A stretch of 64,000 bases of DNA from Lingula anatina (lineage: Eukaryota > Animalia > Brachiopoda), in the NCBI GenBank assembly GCA_051362555.1, contig CM120644.1, positions 12,670,567-12,734,566 on the forward strand, given 5' to 3'. The notes below the pieces were generated by a model, which saw nothing but the letters and a program-made list of their open reading frames with translations, did no database searches and was not told the DNA's origin. Each line of letters starts with the position of its first letter. Positions within the stretch are counted from its first letter, which is position 1. Below, one piece after another: positions 1-12,000 of the stretch. The translations under genes and the position numbers were made by a program.

Positions 1-28
1 TGCATATAAGTAACTTTTTTCTCTTCAG

Positions 29-761
29 GAGACCTTTATTATGTTGGCAAAGGTGACAAATCAGGCATCAGACAAAGAGTTATTTAGGATGTAGAGGATA
101 TGTCTGGTACAAGATGACACAGGATGTAACAGAATATGTAAGTATGTCTGAGCAAAACAGGTACACTTTGTTTTAAGCTCTTCTATATAAAGATCTTCAG
201 GTACATTTCTTAATATGTATGTATTATCAGATACTATTCTGATCAGAATAAGCCATATTAACTTATTGTACTTAATACACATGGAAATTCAAACATTAGC
301 TTTTTGCTTTAAAGAGTTTTCTTATATTTTTACTCCCTGATGATGGTGACTGACAGTCACAGAAATATTGGAGGTAATACCAACATATTTTATAAGCTCT
401 TGATAAAAATAATAACAATAATTTAAATTTATACGTACAGAGATAATGAAACTGTTCTCTCATTTTCTTATTATGTTCACTCCAAAGACAGTGTGTTTGT
501 AAACTATTCAGATAGTGCCCATGTAGCATCAGTGACTAATTTGTAGTAGTTTAGGAGTTTTCAGTGTACTTGTAGTTTTATTATTTTTGCAAAATAATAG
601 GAAGGATCACAATTGATATACATCAGAAAAATTTATCTTTCTGCTGCAGATTGAAGCGTGTGATGCATGCCAAAGACAAAGTAAGATAAAGACTTGGAGC
701 CCAGAGCTTAATCCCATATCAGTCAGTGAGCCTCTGGAATTAATTGGGATGGATCTCATAG
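29..761 (+). pseudogene. GIN1/Ginger-like integrase fragments, two exons (29-137, 650-761)
   Basis: AG/GT-bounded exons read DLYYVGKGDKSGIRQRVI*...YVWYKMTQDVTEY | IEACDACQRQSKIKTWSPELNPISVSEPLELIGMDLIG. This matches the H2C2 zinc-binding region and the first catalytic Asp of Gypsy/GIN1 integrases. There is an in-frame stop, the His half of the finger is missing, and no remaining DDE core was found. Confidence 0.8.
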
Positions 762-1472
762 GTATAGTATCTATTGCTTTGAAGGTAGCAGAAATTTGTT
801 TTCTCTCTCAGAAAGGAATATACCGTATTAGGGTTAGGGATTTCAAGGGATCATTCAAGTTTTCAGTCAGTGTTTATTCAATGCATTGATCTTCACCAGT
901 GTGCTACCTAGAGTAAATTGATTAAATGTATCAATAATCAATATGTATGTCATGTAATTCAAAGGTTTATTAGAGCATCTGCACAAATGTTGGTAACATT
1001 CAAACTTTAAATTGTTGCCTCTGGTTACCTCCACAATATGAAGCTGTTCATAATGTTTCAAAGTGGTTTAATAGCATTTGTACTTGAACCTTAGTCGTAC
1101 AAGTACAGGTGCTTATTTTGTAATATACTTCTCTTATGTATAGACATGGCATCACTCACAAAACACAGATTGAAAATGTCTCTTCTTGTATAGCATAAGA
1201 GATAAAATTAAACAAACCTTTCCTTTACATTTTATTGTAGATGACTAGTTTGATTTTTCTATTACCTATTTAGTCTGTACATTTGGTAGCTTGTCTTGTA
1301 GCATTTACCAAGTTATCAGAATATAAATTTTTTTTTTAATGTATCCCTCGAAATAGTAGCTTTATTTACTTAATTACTTGTTAAATTAACAGAAACTACA
1401 AGCTTTGAAAAAGCTTTTTCAGGTATAAAGGAATTTTTAACTGTCTTACACTTTTTTCACTCTTATTTACAG

Positions 1473-1761
1473 AATACAGAAGCTATCCTTAAAGGAGCTG
1501 GACTGAACAGTATCGACAACGCACACTGCAAGTGGTTTAGGGAATATGTTAGACAGAAAATTAGAAAGAGTGGAAGAAAGTCAGAGGATGAAGCATGCGA
1601 CATAGCATTCTGCCAAAATAAAGGATACCATCGATGGATACAGTGCAGCACTTGCCAAAGTTGGCTACATACCATTTGTGCTAAAGTCAAATGTTCGAAA
1701 AAAAAAAACACTTCGTAAAACCCAGTTTACATGCCCAATTTGCATTTCTGTACAAGGTTAG
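1473..1761 (+). pseudogene. Terminal transposase exon with PHD finger, frameshifted in an A-run
   Basis: After a TTTACAG acceptor: NTEAILKG...FREYVRQKI...CDIAFCQNKGYHRWIQCSTCQSWLHTICAKVKCS, then after a shift in the A-run near 1698-1708, TLRKTQFTCPICISVQG*. This is the C4HC3 PHD pattern. The part before it may be the end of a Ulp1-like domain (weak). Confidence 0.75.
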
Positions 1762-4700
1762 CTGAAAATTGCACCTGTATTACTGGTTTAAAGTTTTCTC
1801 AACCCATAACATAATGCAATTTACATATATTTATATGATAGTACTGAAATCTGATAAAGTTTTTAAAATAGTTTTCGATGCAAACTGAGACTGAAATAAA
1901 AACTTAAAATTTTATTAGAACATTTGATTTAGTGCATGCTACTAAAGTGTATTGATTTAATGAAAAAAATTGATAATCATCCATTTGCAGGGATCCCAGG
2001 GACCTACTACATTGTCACTTATTTTAAATGTACATGACTTATTACTGTAAGGTGAGAATAAATAAAATAAAAGTCTTGTAACTAAGACAACTTGTTTTAG
2101 CATATTTATTCATTTTATGTAACTTTTCTCCTAGACCAGCATGTGTTGGTCTAAATAATTGTATTGATAACCAATATACATTTTGTAAAAGGCTCTATAA
2201 AGAAGAATAATAAATGCTGAAAGCAAAAGGATGTTACAGTAACAAAAAAAAATCATTTGAAAAAGCTTTCTAAATAGCTATATTGAATGTTTCCAATAAC
2301 CATTAAATGAATAAGGTATCAATTCACCGAAAATAATGATAAGGTAAAAGTAAAAACTGAATGGAAACATATAAGTATACATCGTAGCAGTTATAGCTAA
2401 TAATCTGTATGACAGTGAAATTAATTCATCAAAAAAAGTACTTCATATGAGTATATATGATATTGACCTTGTAAAGAACACACTGCAATAGTTACATTAT
2501 ACAAAATATACAAATAAGAGAATAAAAAAATGTATAAGAAATATTAGAAAATCAATCGGATGTGCTGTCCAAAACACTTTCGTTCTCACTAATTCTGTCA
2601 ACACTTGATGTTGGTAAATATGAGGCATCTAAACAACCTTCTACACAACTTAATTTTCAATTGTCTCACTGCCTTTTGGCAAACCTTATATACCTCAGGA
2701 CTCAAGTGATATATGCACAACTTCCAACTGTCTAGAAACCTACTTTACACTGACAGTACCAGCCACCGATGGGTCTAGTTTTTGCTACTGGAGGTCTGAA
2801 TCCATGGGCTGTACTGGTGGCTAGATGTGTGCCTTGACTGTATTTTGGCTCTGATTCAATCAGGTGCTAGTGGTCTCTCACTATTTACCAAGCCAATAGG
2901 TTTTCACTGATGTCCTTGACATCAGAAGCCATTCATAGCATTTTGGCCTAAAAAAAATACAGTGCTATTACAAATAGTGCTGGTGTTGAAGCTTAAGTCA
3001 CAAGTACATGTAACAAAACTAGGGTGTGTGTGATAGAGCCTTTCTTTTACTTTTCATGCTAAATAGATGTAAAAGGGGGTATTTACACAAAAAATTTAGT
3101 TGTAGAATATATACTTTAATCCCCATTAGGAGTGGGGTGGGTCAAGCCCACCCTATGCAAAAGGTCTCTATAGCATGAGTCTCTATATAAAGTAGGGGCC
3201 ACCACAATGTATGCCTGCTGTTAAAATCATTACTATAAATTTGGATATCTGAAAAACATTTTACCTTTACTAATCCTTAGAAATGAGAATAGAAATAGAT
3301 TATACTAACTGTATTTAGACTCCACTTCTCATCCATATTTTGCATTAATTTTTGATATTTCAAAATCAAAAAAAAAAAAAAAATCAGATTCACAATTTAT
3401 TTTTCATGTACAAAGGTGGGCACTTTTACCCTCTTATCAGCACCTCATCCTTTATGGAAAAAGAAAACAAAACTAATTTTATGAAATTAATTATGGAAAA
3501 AGATGGGGGGGGGGGAGGACAAATTATTTGTTCGTGATGTTCAAGTTATTACAGCAATTACTGTGAAGGCATATATCTGAGTCTGACCATTATTAAGCGC
3601 TGCTTCTTCCTTAGCGAACCCAATCACCTAACAAAAAATTACAAATATTCATCTAAAGTTGTGACCAAAATTGTCCAGATAATAAAAGATAACAAACATG
3701 CCTAGATCTATACACAAATGAAAATGAAAAGGCAGAAATCTGCTTTCATGCATGGTTATTAAAAAAAAATAATGTGACAATTTTTGTGAAAAAAAGTATG
3801 CATCCACCTGCCAAGGAGAGCACCACCCCAAGGATCATAGTGTCAGTCCTAGTGTTGTTGTTCCTTTTATTATAGATAAAATGTAAAGTAATATTTATAA
3901 AAATTCACTTACCTATAATATACTTCATATAAAATAATAATCAAAACAAAAGCAATTCTCCGTGCAACAATGGCCAGGGACCACAACTCCAAGGATACAC
4001 AGGATGGATCTTGACTATTGATTACAAATATAAAACAAAAAATCTTCCTTGATGCGAGTCTAAACATATTGACGCCAAAAATTGGAATCATCAACTCGCA
4101 GGACCAGCCCACCTCCCAGTCACAGTAAAATTCCAAAGCAGGACACGTACATGCACATGTCCCTGTTGATGTGCCTGGTACTAACATTCAGATATTCAGT
4201 TTCAATTTCCTCAATCTAATGGTCTACAAGGGCAAACGCACCCCATGATGAACGAGCAGGATATCATGATCCCAGACTTTGTCACATACAATATTAAGTA
4301 CATTACTTTAATAAACATTATTTTAAGTATAATAAATATACACCGTTAAGAACAAACTGCAAATTCAAACATAATCTTTAGAAATATTCATATCTTATAG
4401 TTGTTCATGTAAGATGTATAGCAAGTATTTATTGTTTACAATGTACTTCTACTGCAATTTCCTTCAGGTGGCTATATATCACACTATCCTAGTAAAAATC
4501 AACACATTAAAACATGTAGTAGGCCAACAACTGAATAACGACGGCCTGTCCACGGTAGGTTCATCCATGCAATGCGACGAATTAATTTTCTATCAAAATT
4601 ATCAATTACAAACTCTGTATCAACACATGAATTTTACCTAGAAATACCCCCATTATAGTAAATATATAAATGAGGTAGGAAACGAACAGGCCAAATCAAT

Positions 4701-4843
4701 GCACTAGCCAAGTATAACAGTGTAGGTGAATAACAACGGATCATTCACGGAACGGTTCATACACGCGACTGCTGCGTGTACAATCGGTCAGGACGGATGG
4801 TTCACGCAGAACGGACTGTACACGTGACACCGGACATACTCAC

Positions 4844-4856
4844 TGGAAGCCGACAT
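4844..4856 (-). other. Possible tiny first coding exon (ATG TCG GCT TCC A | GTGAGT) of a divergently transcribed gene
   Basis: An ATG followed by a consensus GTGAGT donor about 230 bp from the TEX10 promoter motif. Downstream exons would lie left of the window. Confidence 0.3.
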
Positions 4857-5078
4857 AGTGAAATTTACTAAAACCAAGATCGTCTTAAACAGTAAAAACA
4901 TCAATTGCTTTTATTGTGTTTAAAAGAGTTTAATATAATTTGGATATGTTGACATTAATTAAATTTTCAAAATAAGTAAGTCTTATTAAAATATAAATAA
5001 AAGAGCTTGCCTTAAATAATGCGAACATATCCATATCATTCCGAATGCATCTTTCTTTGTGACAGTCCCCCATGTGCA

Positions 5079-5134
5079 ACTTCCGGTTTTTGGTGGAACG
5101 TAAAACGCGTTGAGCTTTAAAATTGTTATTTGAG
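5079..5134 (+). promoter_or_regulatory. Candidate TEX10 core promoter / non-coding first exon
   Basis: ETS-type motif ACTTCCGG at 5079-5086, a possible donor GAG|GTTTGT at 5134/5135, and an acceptor at 6037 just before the ATG. Confidence 0.4.
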
Positions 5135-5443
5135 GTTTGTATAAAGTATTAAATGCGTTCTACAACCGTAAAAATATATCTTTTATCATTTTATGTGATC
5201 CTGGGTTTTTATGTAAACGAAGATAAAGAATGATGCACTACAAAGAAATATTGCAGTTTACAAAGCTGGGAGACGGTTAACCCGAGTACGGGGCTACCTG
5301 CTAATGTTACACCCCAGTACACACACATTTTGACTGATTTGTCTTCTAGAATAATAATTGAATTGGTTATGGGATTACTAGTTTATACGACATACCCCTT
5401 AAAACTTTTGTCCATGAAGCATTTTGCTGTGTACATTTGACTC

Positions 5444-5939
5444 TGTAGCGATTTGGGGTGAGTGCAGAAAAACCACCGACCAGACCAGGAATCGAACCCG
5501 GGACCCCTCGCTTACAGGGCGAGTGCTCTTACCTACTAAGCTACCCGACCGGTTCTACCTGCCCCTGGCACTACACTCCTCCCCCCCAAATGCCGAAAGA
5601 CGCAAGCCCTATCTCGCAACACCATTGTAGCGATTTGGGGTGAGTGCAGAAAAATCACCAGCCAGACCAGGAATCGAACCCGGGACCCCTCGCTTACAGG
5701 GCGAGTGCTCTTACCTACTAAGCTACCCGACCGGTTCTACCTGCCCCTGGCACTACACTCCTCCCCCCCAAATGCCGAAAGACGCAAGCCCTATCTCGCA
5801 ACACCATTGTAGCGATTTGGGGTGAGTGCAGAAAAATCACCAGCCAGACCAGGAATCGAACCCGGGACCCCTCGCTTACAGGGCGAGTGCTCTTACCTAC
5901 TAAGCTACCCGGCCGGTTCTACCTGCCCCTGGCACTACA
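5444..5939 (-). mobile_element. Tandem TRIM (non-autonomous mini LTR retrotransposon) with tRNA-like sequence in its LTRs; Helenus/TRIMp3-like
   Basis: Three 132-bp LTRs with TGTAG...CTACA ends (5444-5575, 5626-5757, 5808-5939) and two identical 50-bp internals. On the minus strand each internal starts with a PBS-like TGGTGTTGCGAG and ends with the PPT GGGGGGGAGGAG. The 4-bp TSD ACTC is at 5440-5443 and 5940-5943. Confidence 0.92.
5478..5550 (-). other. tRNA-like cloverleaf with Pol III A and B boxes in LTR 1 (repeated at 5660-5732 and 5842-5914)
   Basis: GGTCGGG-TA-GCTTAGTAGGTAAGAGC-A-CTCGC-CCTGTAA-GCGAG-GGGTC-CCGGG-TTCGATT-CCTGG-TCTGGTC, 73 nt. Anticodon position TGT, C instead of U33, G-U-rich acceptor stem, TTTTT run 5 nt downstream. 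Confidence 0.85.
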
Positions 5940-6052
5940 ACTCTGTACAGTATGTCCATGTGTGCATTTAATGTGTGGATCACATTCCATTATTAATTTT
6001 GATGGATATTTATAGTTTTATACTATTAATTCCTAAGATTCGATCTGCAAAC

Positions 6053-9000
6053 ATGGCAAAGAAGAAGAAGAACCAAGATTTCCAGAAAGTGAAACTGAAA
6101 GTGGGCCGTAAGTTACCCCGGGAGAGTTCAACCAACACCAGCTTCAAGACCCACTCCATTCAGATCAAGGAGCAGTTGACTCAGGCCAGCTCTACTGAGC
6201 CTACAACTAAGAGGAAGCTGAAGATTGAGGTAGGTTGTATGCGTTGTCACAGATTAACATATATAGGCACTTTTTCACAACAATGTATACAGACACATAT
6301 TGTCACAGATAAACACAGTTATGTACAAATTACATGTAGGCATGGTGCCAAAAGTAAAAGTATTTAGACATATTGCCAAAGCTTAACATATTCAGACATG
6401 TATTCACGACAAAACACATGATTATAGACACAGCTAAACATTTAGACACATTTTACTTCTGAGATAGCCCTACCTTACACCAGTAACACATGAATCACTC
6501 CTAATAATGCAATCAGTACATATTACAAAATATTTTCGGTAAGTTGCTGTAGGAGCTTGAATGATGCATTTCAGGACCTGTTGAGTCAGTTGCAGCACTA
6601 CAATGCAGGTTCCAGACACGGTGCCGTTGCAGGCCTTCGGGAACTTGTCGCTACACACCCTGCTCTCATTTCACAGCACCTGGCAGCCATGTTGGAAAAA
6701 GTGACTCCGCTCTTTATGGATAAGGATTCTGTGGTGAGGCAAGCCGTGATTAAGTTACTGAAGGTGGTGCTCTCAAATACTGACACGGGAGAATTGGTGC
6801 CTTTCTTTGGCATTCTCAGCAGCCATCTTAGCTGTGCCATGACACACATAGTAGAGGACATCCGATTGGATGCCTTGTCTGTCCTTGACGTTTGTCTTGA
6901 ATTCCACCCCAAGTTGATCATCACAGGGACATCTCAGTTACTGCCCAATTTCATTGATCAGATATCGCAGTGCCAGTCCCAAGGGAGTAAATCGGGAGCT
7001 TTCTCTTTGACTATAAACCCCAGTGGAAAGATGGGGGCGCTGAAATGGAGGGGGAAAGTCTTGGAGAGACTAAACAGGTTCCTGTCTGTTTATCTGGAAA
7101 GTTTCCCCAAGAGGACTGGAATGTTTGAAACAAGTGAGGTCTGTCATGTCGGGTGGAAGGATGATGGGATAACATGTTACCAGCCCTGCTCTTCTGTGGG
7201 ATTGATAAACAGTGATTTTACATTCAGGTAACATATAAGGATGTGTTGAAGCAAAAGTATTTGCTAGTACTGTTAAAGAAAACCACTCAAAAACAGATGA
7301 ATGAAGCAGTCTTAATTCTTACAAACTTACCCTAGCAACTTCAGTCTAACTTATACATTGTTGTCCATTTATTCGATAAATTTTCTTATAATGATACTGA
7401 TATAATTTTTATATTTCGGCAAGAAGTTCCCGTTAGTTCTGACAGTTCAATTTTACTATGAGAACCAATCTCTTGCACAAGTTCCTTTTTTTAGTAAACA
7501 ATTTTTAAATTCCTATTTGTGTACTGGTTGTCTGTTCATTTTTTTCTTGATTATGTTTTGAATATTATATGGTTATTCTGTCTAGTTGCAGTTCTTCTCC
7601 TGATTGTTCTTATTTTTTTAACTTTTAAATTTTTTATTTTTGAACCGCAGGTCGTCATTGTTGCCACAGCAGTCTCTTTCAACAGGTGCTGATTATTTGA
7701 AGAACTTCATTGGCACTGTTGTCCCCCTATTGTTTCAGTGTTGGGTAGAAGTCTTACCAGAGAATTCTGCAGGTAAATTTGCGAGACATGTTTCTTTGTT
7801 TAATATTCTGTCAGTCTTTTTCATTAGAAAATCTATTTTCAATATTACAGCACCTTAAATGTTAGATGTAAACGAAATGACACCATAATTATATTGTTCT
7901 CTTACATCATTTTTCATGGAATTTCCCCCCTCCCCCCCCCCCCCCCCCCCCAAGAACTCACCACTGTAACAGTCTTTCTACTTGTGTGGTTTTATAAGGT
8001 CACCCACTTCCAGTGGACAGTCATCCCACCATGTTTTGTGTGTTGCAAATCCTACAACATTTAGGGCTTTGTGTGGAAGCTCTTGGGGCAGAAGATCAAG
8101 CACTGTCTGTAAGTAGATAGTGTAGTTAGATTTTTTTAGGTGAACTCAAAATACATAGCAGTGCTTGGGCTTCTTAAATGGAAGATATTTTGGATAAATA
8201 CATGGTTGTCATTTTTAACAATTTCATTTATTAGTGATAAAGATCCTGCTAAGTGTTAGAATTGGTTTAAATTGATGATATTTTTAGGAAAAACTGGACA
8301 ATATGGAATTGCAGACTATAAAAATGATTGTGTGAATTTACTGAAAAAAGAAGAGCTTTTAACAGTTTACAAATCTTTCAGATGAATGCAATAATTGTAA
8401 TTTTATATCATTATTTATATGATATTATTTTATTTTCTAGTTGGATTGGCTGTATGGGTTCTACCATAAAGACCTGAGACAACACATTCAGCCTCACTTT
8501 CCTTTTTCTTTCTGTGATACTGCCAAAAGAAACAGAAAAGCAAACAGGGTGAATGTTAAAGTAAGGGAAATTTACTCAGTACTCCCCTTTCTCTTGTTAC
8601 TGTAAAGTAATGATTTACTTAATGCCAGTAATAATTACTATGTCACTTGCTGATGTTTATCGTTATTATTCTTTGCCCAGTTAGTACATTCAATTTATTT
8701 TCTTTCATTCAAAAAAGGAGGAATGATTTAGAACTTATTTTTTTCTTTTAGTCCCTCGCTCTGGATCTGAACCTGTGTTTCTGTGGGACTGTCTGCACAT
8801 TTTATAAAACACATGACAAACCAGACAGCAGACCTTTACAGGGAATATCCACAGCAGAAGACAGTTTATTGAAGATGGCAGTTAGCTACATGACACAGGC
8901 ATTTCCAACACCACATAACCCAGACCAGAGGAAAAAATCTGTTGCTATCATGAAGATGTTGGTGGAATGCTGTAGAACATCAAGTAAATATGCTTTATTT

Positions 9001-12000
9001 GAATTTTTTTTAGTGGTACAACAGTGTCAGTATGGTTTTGATGGGTTCTGTCGTGTAATTGGGCAACTTTACTCACCTTAACAAGTTTGCCAGAAGTTCA
9101 CTTCCTGCTGTTTAGAGGATGTTAATTGGTTGTGTCATTCTTTAAATAACTATTTCCAAATGTTTAATCTATACGGACTTATATAAAGAAAATTAAGAAA
9201 TTTCTATATGTTCATCTGAAAGTTCTTTACAGAATGTTTGGACCAGATATAATTGTAAGAATATATTAATAATATTTTTTTCTTGTACAGTAGATGCACA
9301 ATATGGTCTCCTTACTGCTATCCAGGTGGCTTACAAGACAAGCCACCCACTTTCCAGTGAGCGGCGACAACTGATGGATTTTTTCAGTCATGTGATTTTT
9401 AAGTCAGATGTTAGCAACCAGTGAGTAACTTCTAACTTGTAAGAATCTGAATGTACATGTACATCGAAGAAATATGCTGAAGCAGAAATATATATAGTGT
9501 TTTTTATTTGAAATTACAGGGCTAAAATCATTTAATAGTTAAAAATTCAGAAAAGTCAAAAATCAGTAAGTGATCTGCCTTACTCAAAGTAATTTAAAAT
9601 AAAGCTACAGACCACTAGATGTCAGCATGTGCCACAGGCACCCTCTTTTTTTAGCTACAAACATGTCATTCAAGAAATAACAGTCAAATAAAGTTTTCAA
9701 TAAAATTAAATCCAAGTGGTCGTAACATATTAACTCAACATTTAGATCACTTTCAGTCAAGTGGTCAGTCAGTGGCTGCAAGGACTTCCTGAAGAGCTGA
9801 GGTCACTGTGGTCGCAGGGAGAAGTGGACAGTGCGATACCAGTGTTACATGTGCTGTCCAGTGCGGTCAAGACACAGCAGCATAACCAACAGTTTATGAG
9901 TTCTGTCCAGGTTGCTCTATTAGAACTACTGAGTAGGTAGCTTTAAGATTAACACAGACTTTAGCAGTGACTGTAAAGTCACACTCAGACCTGTGATTAG
10001 GTAATAATACTAATAATAAAGTTAATTGCCAATGTAAATACTATAAAATGCACATAAAATTGTTTTACTATCTCAGGTTTAAGTTGGATCAAATAAGTAC
10101 ATAAAAATAAAATAGTAATGCCAGAAATAAAAACAGATTATTATTTTTTACTATTAAAAAGAGATGTAATAGTTGGATAAAAGCTTTTTAAAGTCCATTT
10201 GCTTCCTCTAATAGTCGACACAGGTGACTTTGAAAATACAAGTTTGAGAGTAGGTGTAAAGTTACACCCATACCAGTCTTAAATTTGACTTTCTTAAATC
10301 CTGTTAAACAAGAGAGACACCTCTGAGCATTGCTTACTCTTCTGTTTTGTTTGTTTGTTTGTTTGTTTTTTCAAGTACATTGCATTTTGACACTTGGTAA
10401 ATTAAATTAAAAAGCTGCACAAAATTTGAAATTTGTACATCAAGCCCTTAAATTGAGTTTTATCTTTTAAAGTCTTGTTCTGCATCTCTGTAATTTGGTC
10501 TTCTGTATTTTAGACGTAACTGTTACAGTATCAATTTTATCTTTAAGCTCAGAACAGGGCATCTTAATGCCAGTTCATTAGCGCAATCCACAATTTTGTC
10601 ATATTTCACCGTAAAATATTTTGCTGACTTCAACCTTTATTTTCAGGCCATGACACTTTCTTGACACTTTCTTCCCAGCAGAAGGAGGTTGCAGAGATGT
10701 GTTACTACTTTCCTGACATATCACGGGAGCTGTATATAGGGCTGGCTGGCTGGTGCAGAAGTGTAGGTGGCAGCACTGAGGATAAAGACTACCTGGTCCA
10801 AGTCCTAATGTGCAGGTGCCTGCTTTTAATAGGATGATTCAGGGGTTGCCAGTTTTAAAGCTCTCCCTGAAAATATTTTAAATTCTTACTCTATATGATA
10901 TGATATTTAAAAAAAATGGGTAACTAAAAGTAAAAAAGTGCCTAGAAAATTAATTGTTTGTATGCATAGATGCCAGCCTTGTCACCCACGTCTTGATCCC
11001 ATAGCAAATTTTAATTTTTGTGATTGGATAAAAAAAGTCATTTACAGTGTTATATGGTGAGAGAGATGTTGATAAAAAATATGATTTGTTGACAATTTAA
11101 CTAATCTCACGTTTAAGGCAGCAGATAATTGTGTTGAGACTTATTCTTTAATTTATTTTGAATAAAGTAATATTGTTTGTCATTTCCTTTTCTCTGTAAT
11201 TGAATATTACCACATGGTTTTGTTGGCTAAATTACACCTCTTCTTTCACATCTGTTTTAAGAATTTCATATGAGATTATGTTATATCAGAGTATGCTGTC
11301 TGACTTTTTAATGCCTTTTTGTATGCTTTTTTATATAGATTGTAGGTTTTGATTCTTTTGTCCTATTTACTCCATGTAAGATTTTGCTTATAATTTAGAT
11401 GGTTTTGTTTACTCACAACTAGCCCCCATTCACTGTCATTCAACCTAATAGAATACAGAATACGTCTGAGTGTAGGGGTCACAAAATGCTCTTCTTAGAC
11501 CATATGTTTTTCTTTTCATGTTAGGTATTTGAAAGTCCGCCATGAAAATTGCAGCGTGATGGAGACATCCAACTTTATCAGTTTTTTATTGTCTGTTTTA
11601 ATGGGTAAGATCACAGTCAGCTGTCTTGTTGATCAGTTGGTGAATCTAACAACCACACAAATATTAAAAATAATCCTTGTCAAGAAATAGTAGTAATGCA
11701 CAGAGAACATGTTCAGAAAGATAAACGTATTTGTTAATGTTTTTTTTTTTTAGATTTACCACGTTAATTCTAGGGCAAACTATGTAAGATAACAGATTGG
11801 AAAAGAATATGCCAATCTCTATTCTCGTCACCCCTGCACAGTTCACAGTAAAATAGACACAACCTTCAAATGACCTTCAAACAAATTACGGTAATGTCTC
11901 AATCTTTTCAATGGGCAAAAATAATATTTCTTTATGGCATTTGTGGTACTTTTACTGCATAGAACAGAACTATAGAGTAGCTTGCTTTTTGATTTTGTTG

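Larger units (their letters stand above)
1..4829 (+). mobile_element. Ginger1-type (Gypsy-integrase-related) DNA transposon, decayed and internally deleted; left end outside window
   Basis: Spliced exons encode GIN1-like integrase N-terminal pieces and a PHD finger. The right end ...CTGTACACGTGACA (reverse complement starts TGTCACG) at 4829 is followed by CCGG (4830-4833), the target site reported for Ginger1. The left TIR and TSD cannot be checked. Confidence 0.7.

Noticed and set aside
3909-4187. 92-aa minus-strand ORF ending at a GTAAGT donor
   Set aside because: No recognisable motif and it lies inside the transposon. It cannot be supported as coding.
5424-5825. Repeated 61-68 aa ORFs (MSAEK...PGIEPGTPRLQGECS)
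   Set aside because: Antisense translation of the tRNA-like LTR, with non-ATG starts.
5478-5914. Three genuine tRNA-Thr(TGT) genes
   Set aside because: C at position 33, a weak G-U-rich acceptor stem, and embedding in LTRs with PBS, PPT and TSD indicate TE-borne tRNA-like sequence.
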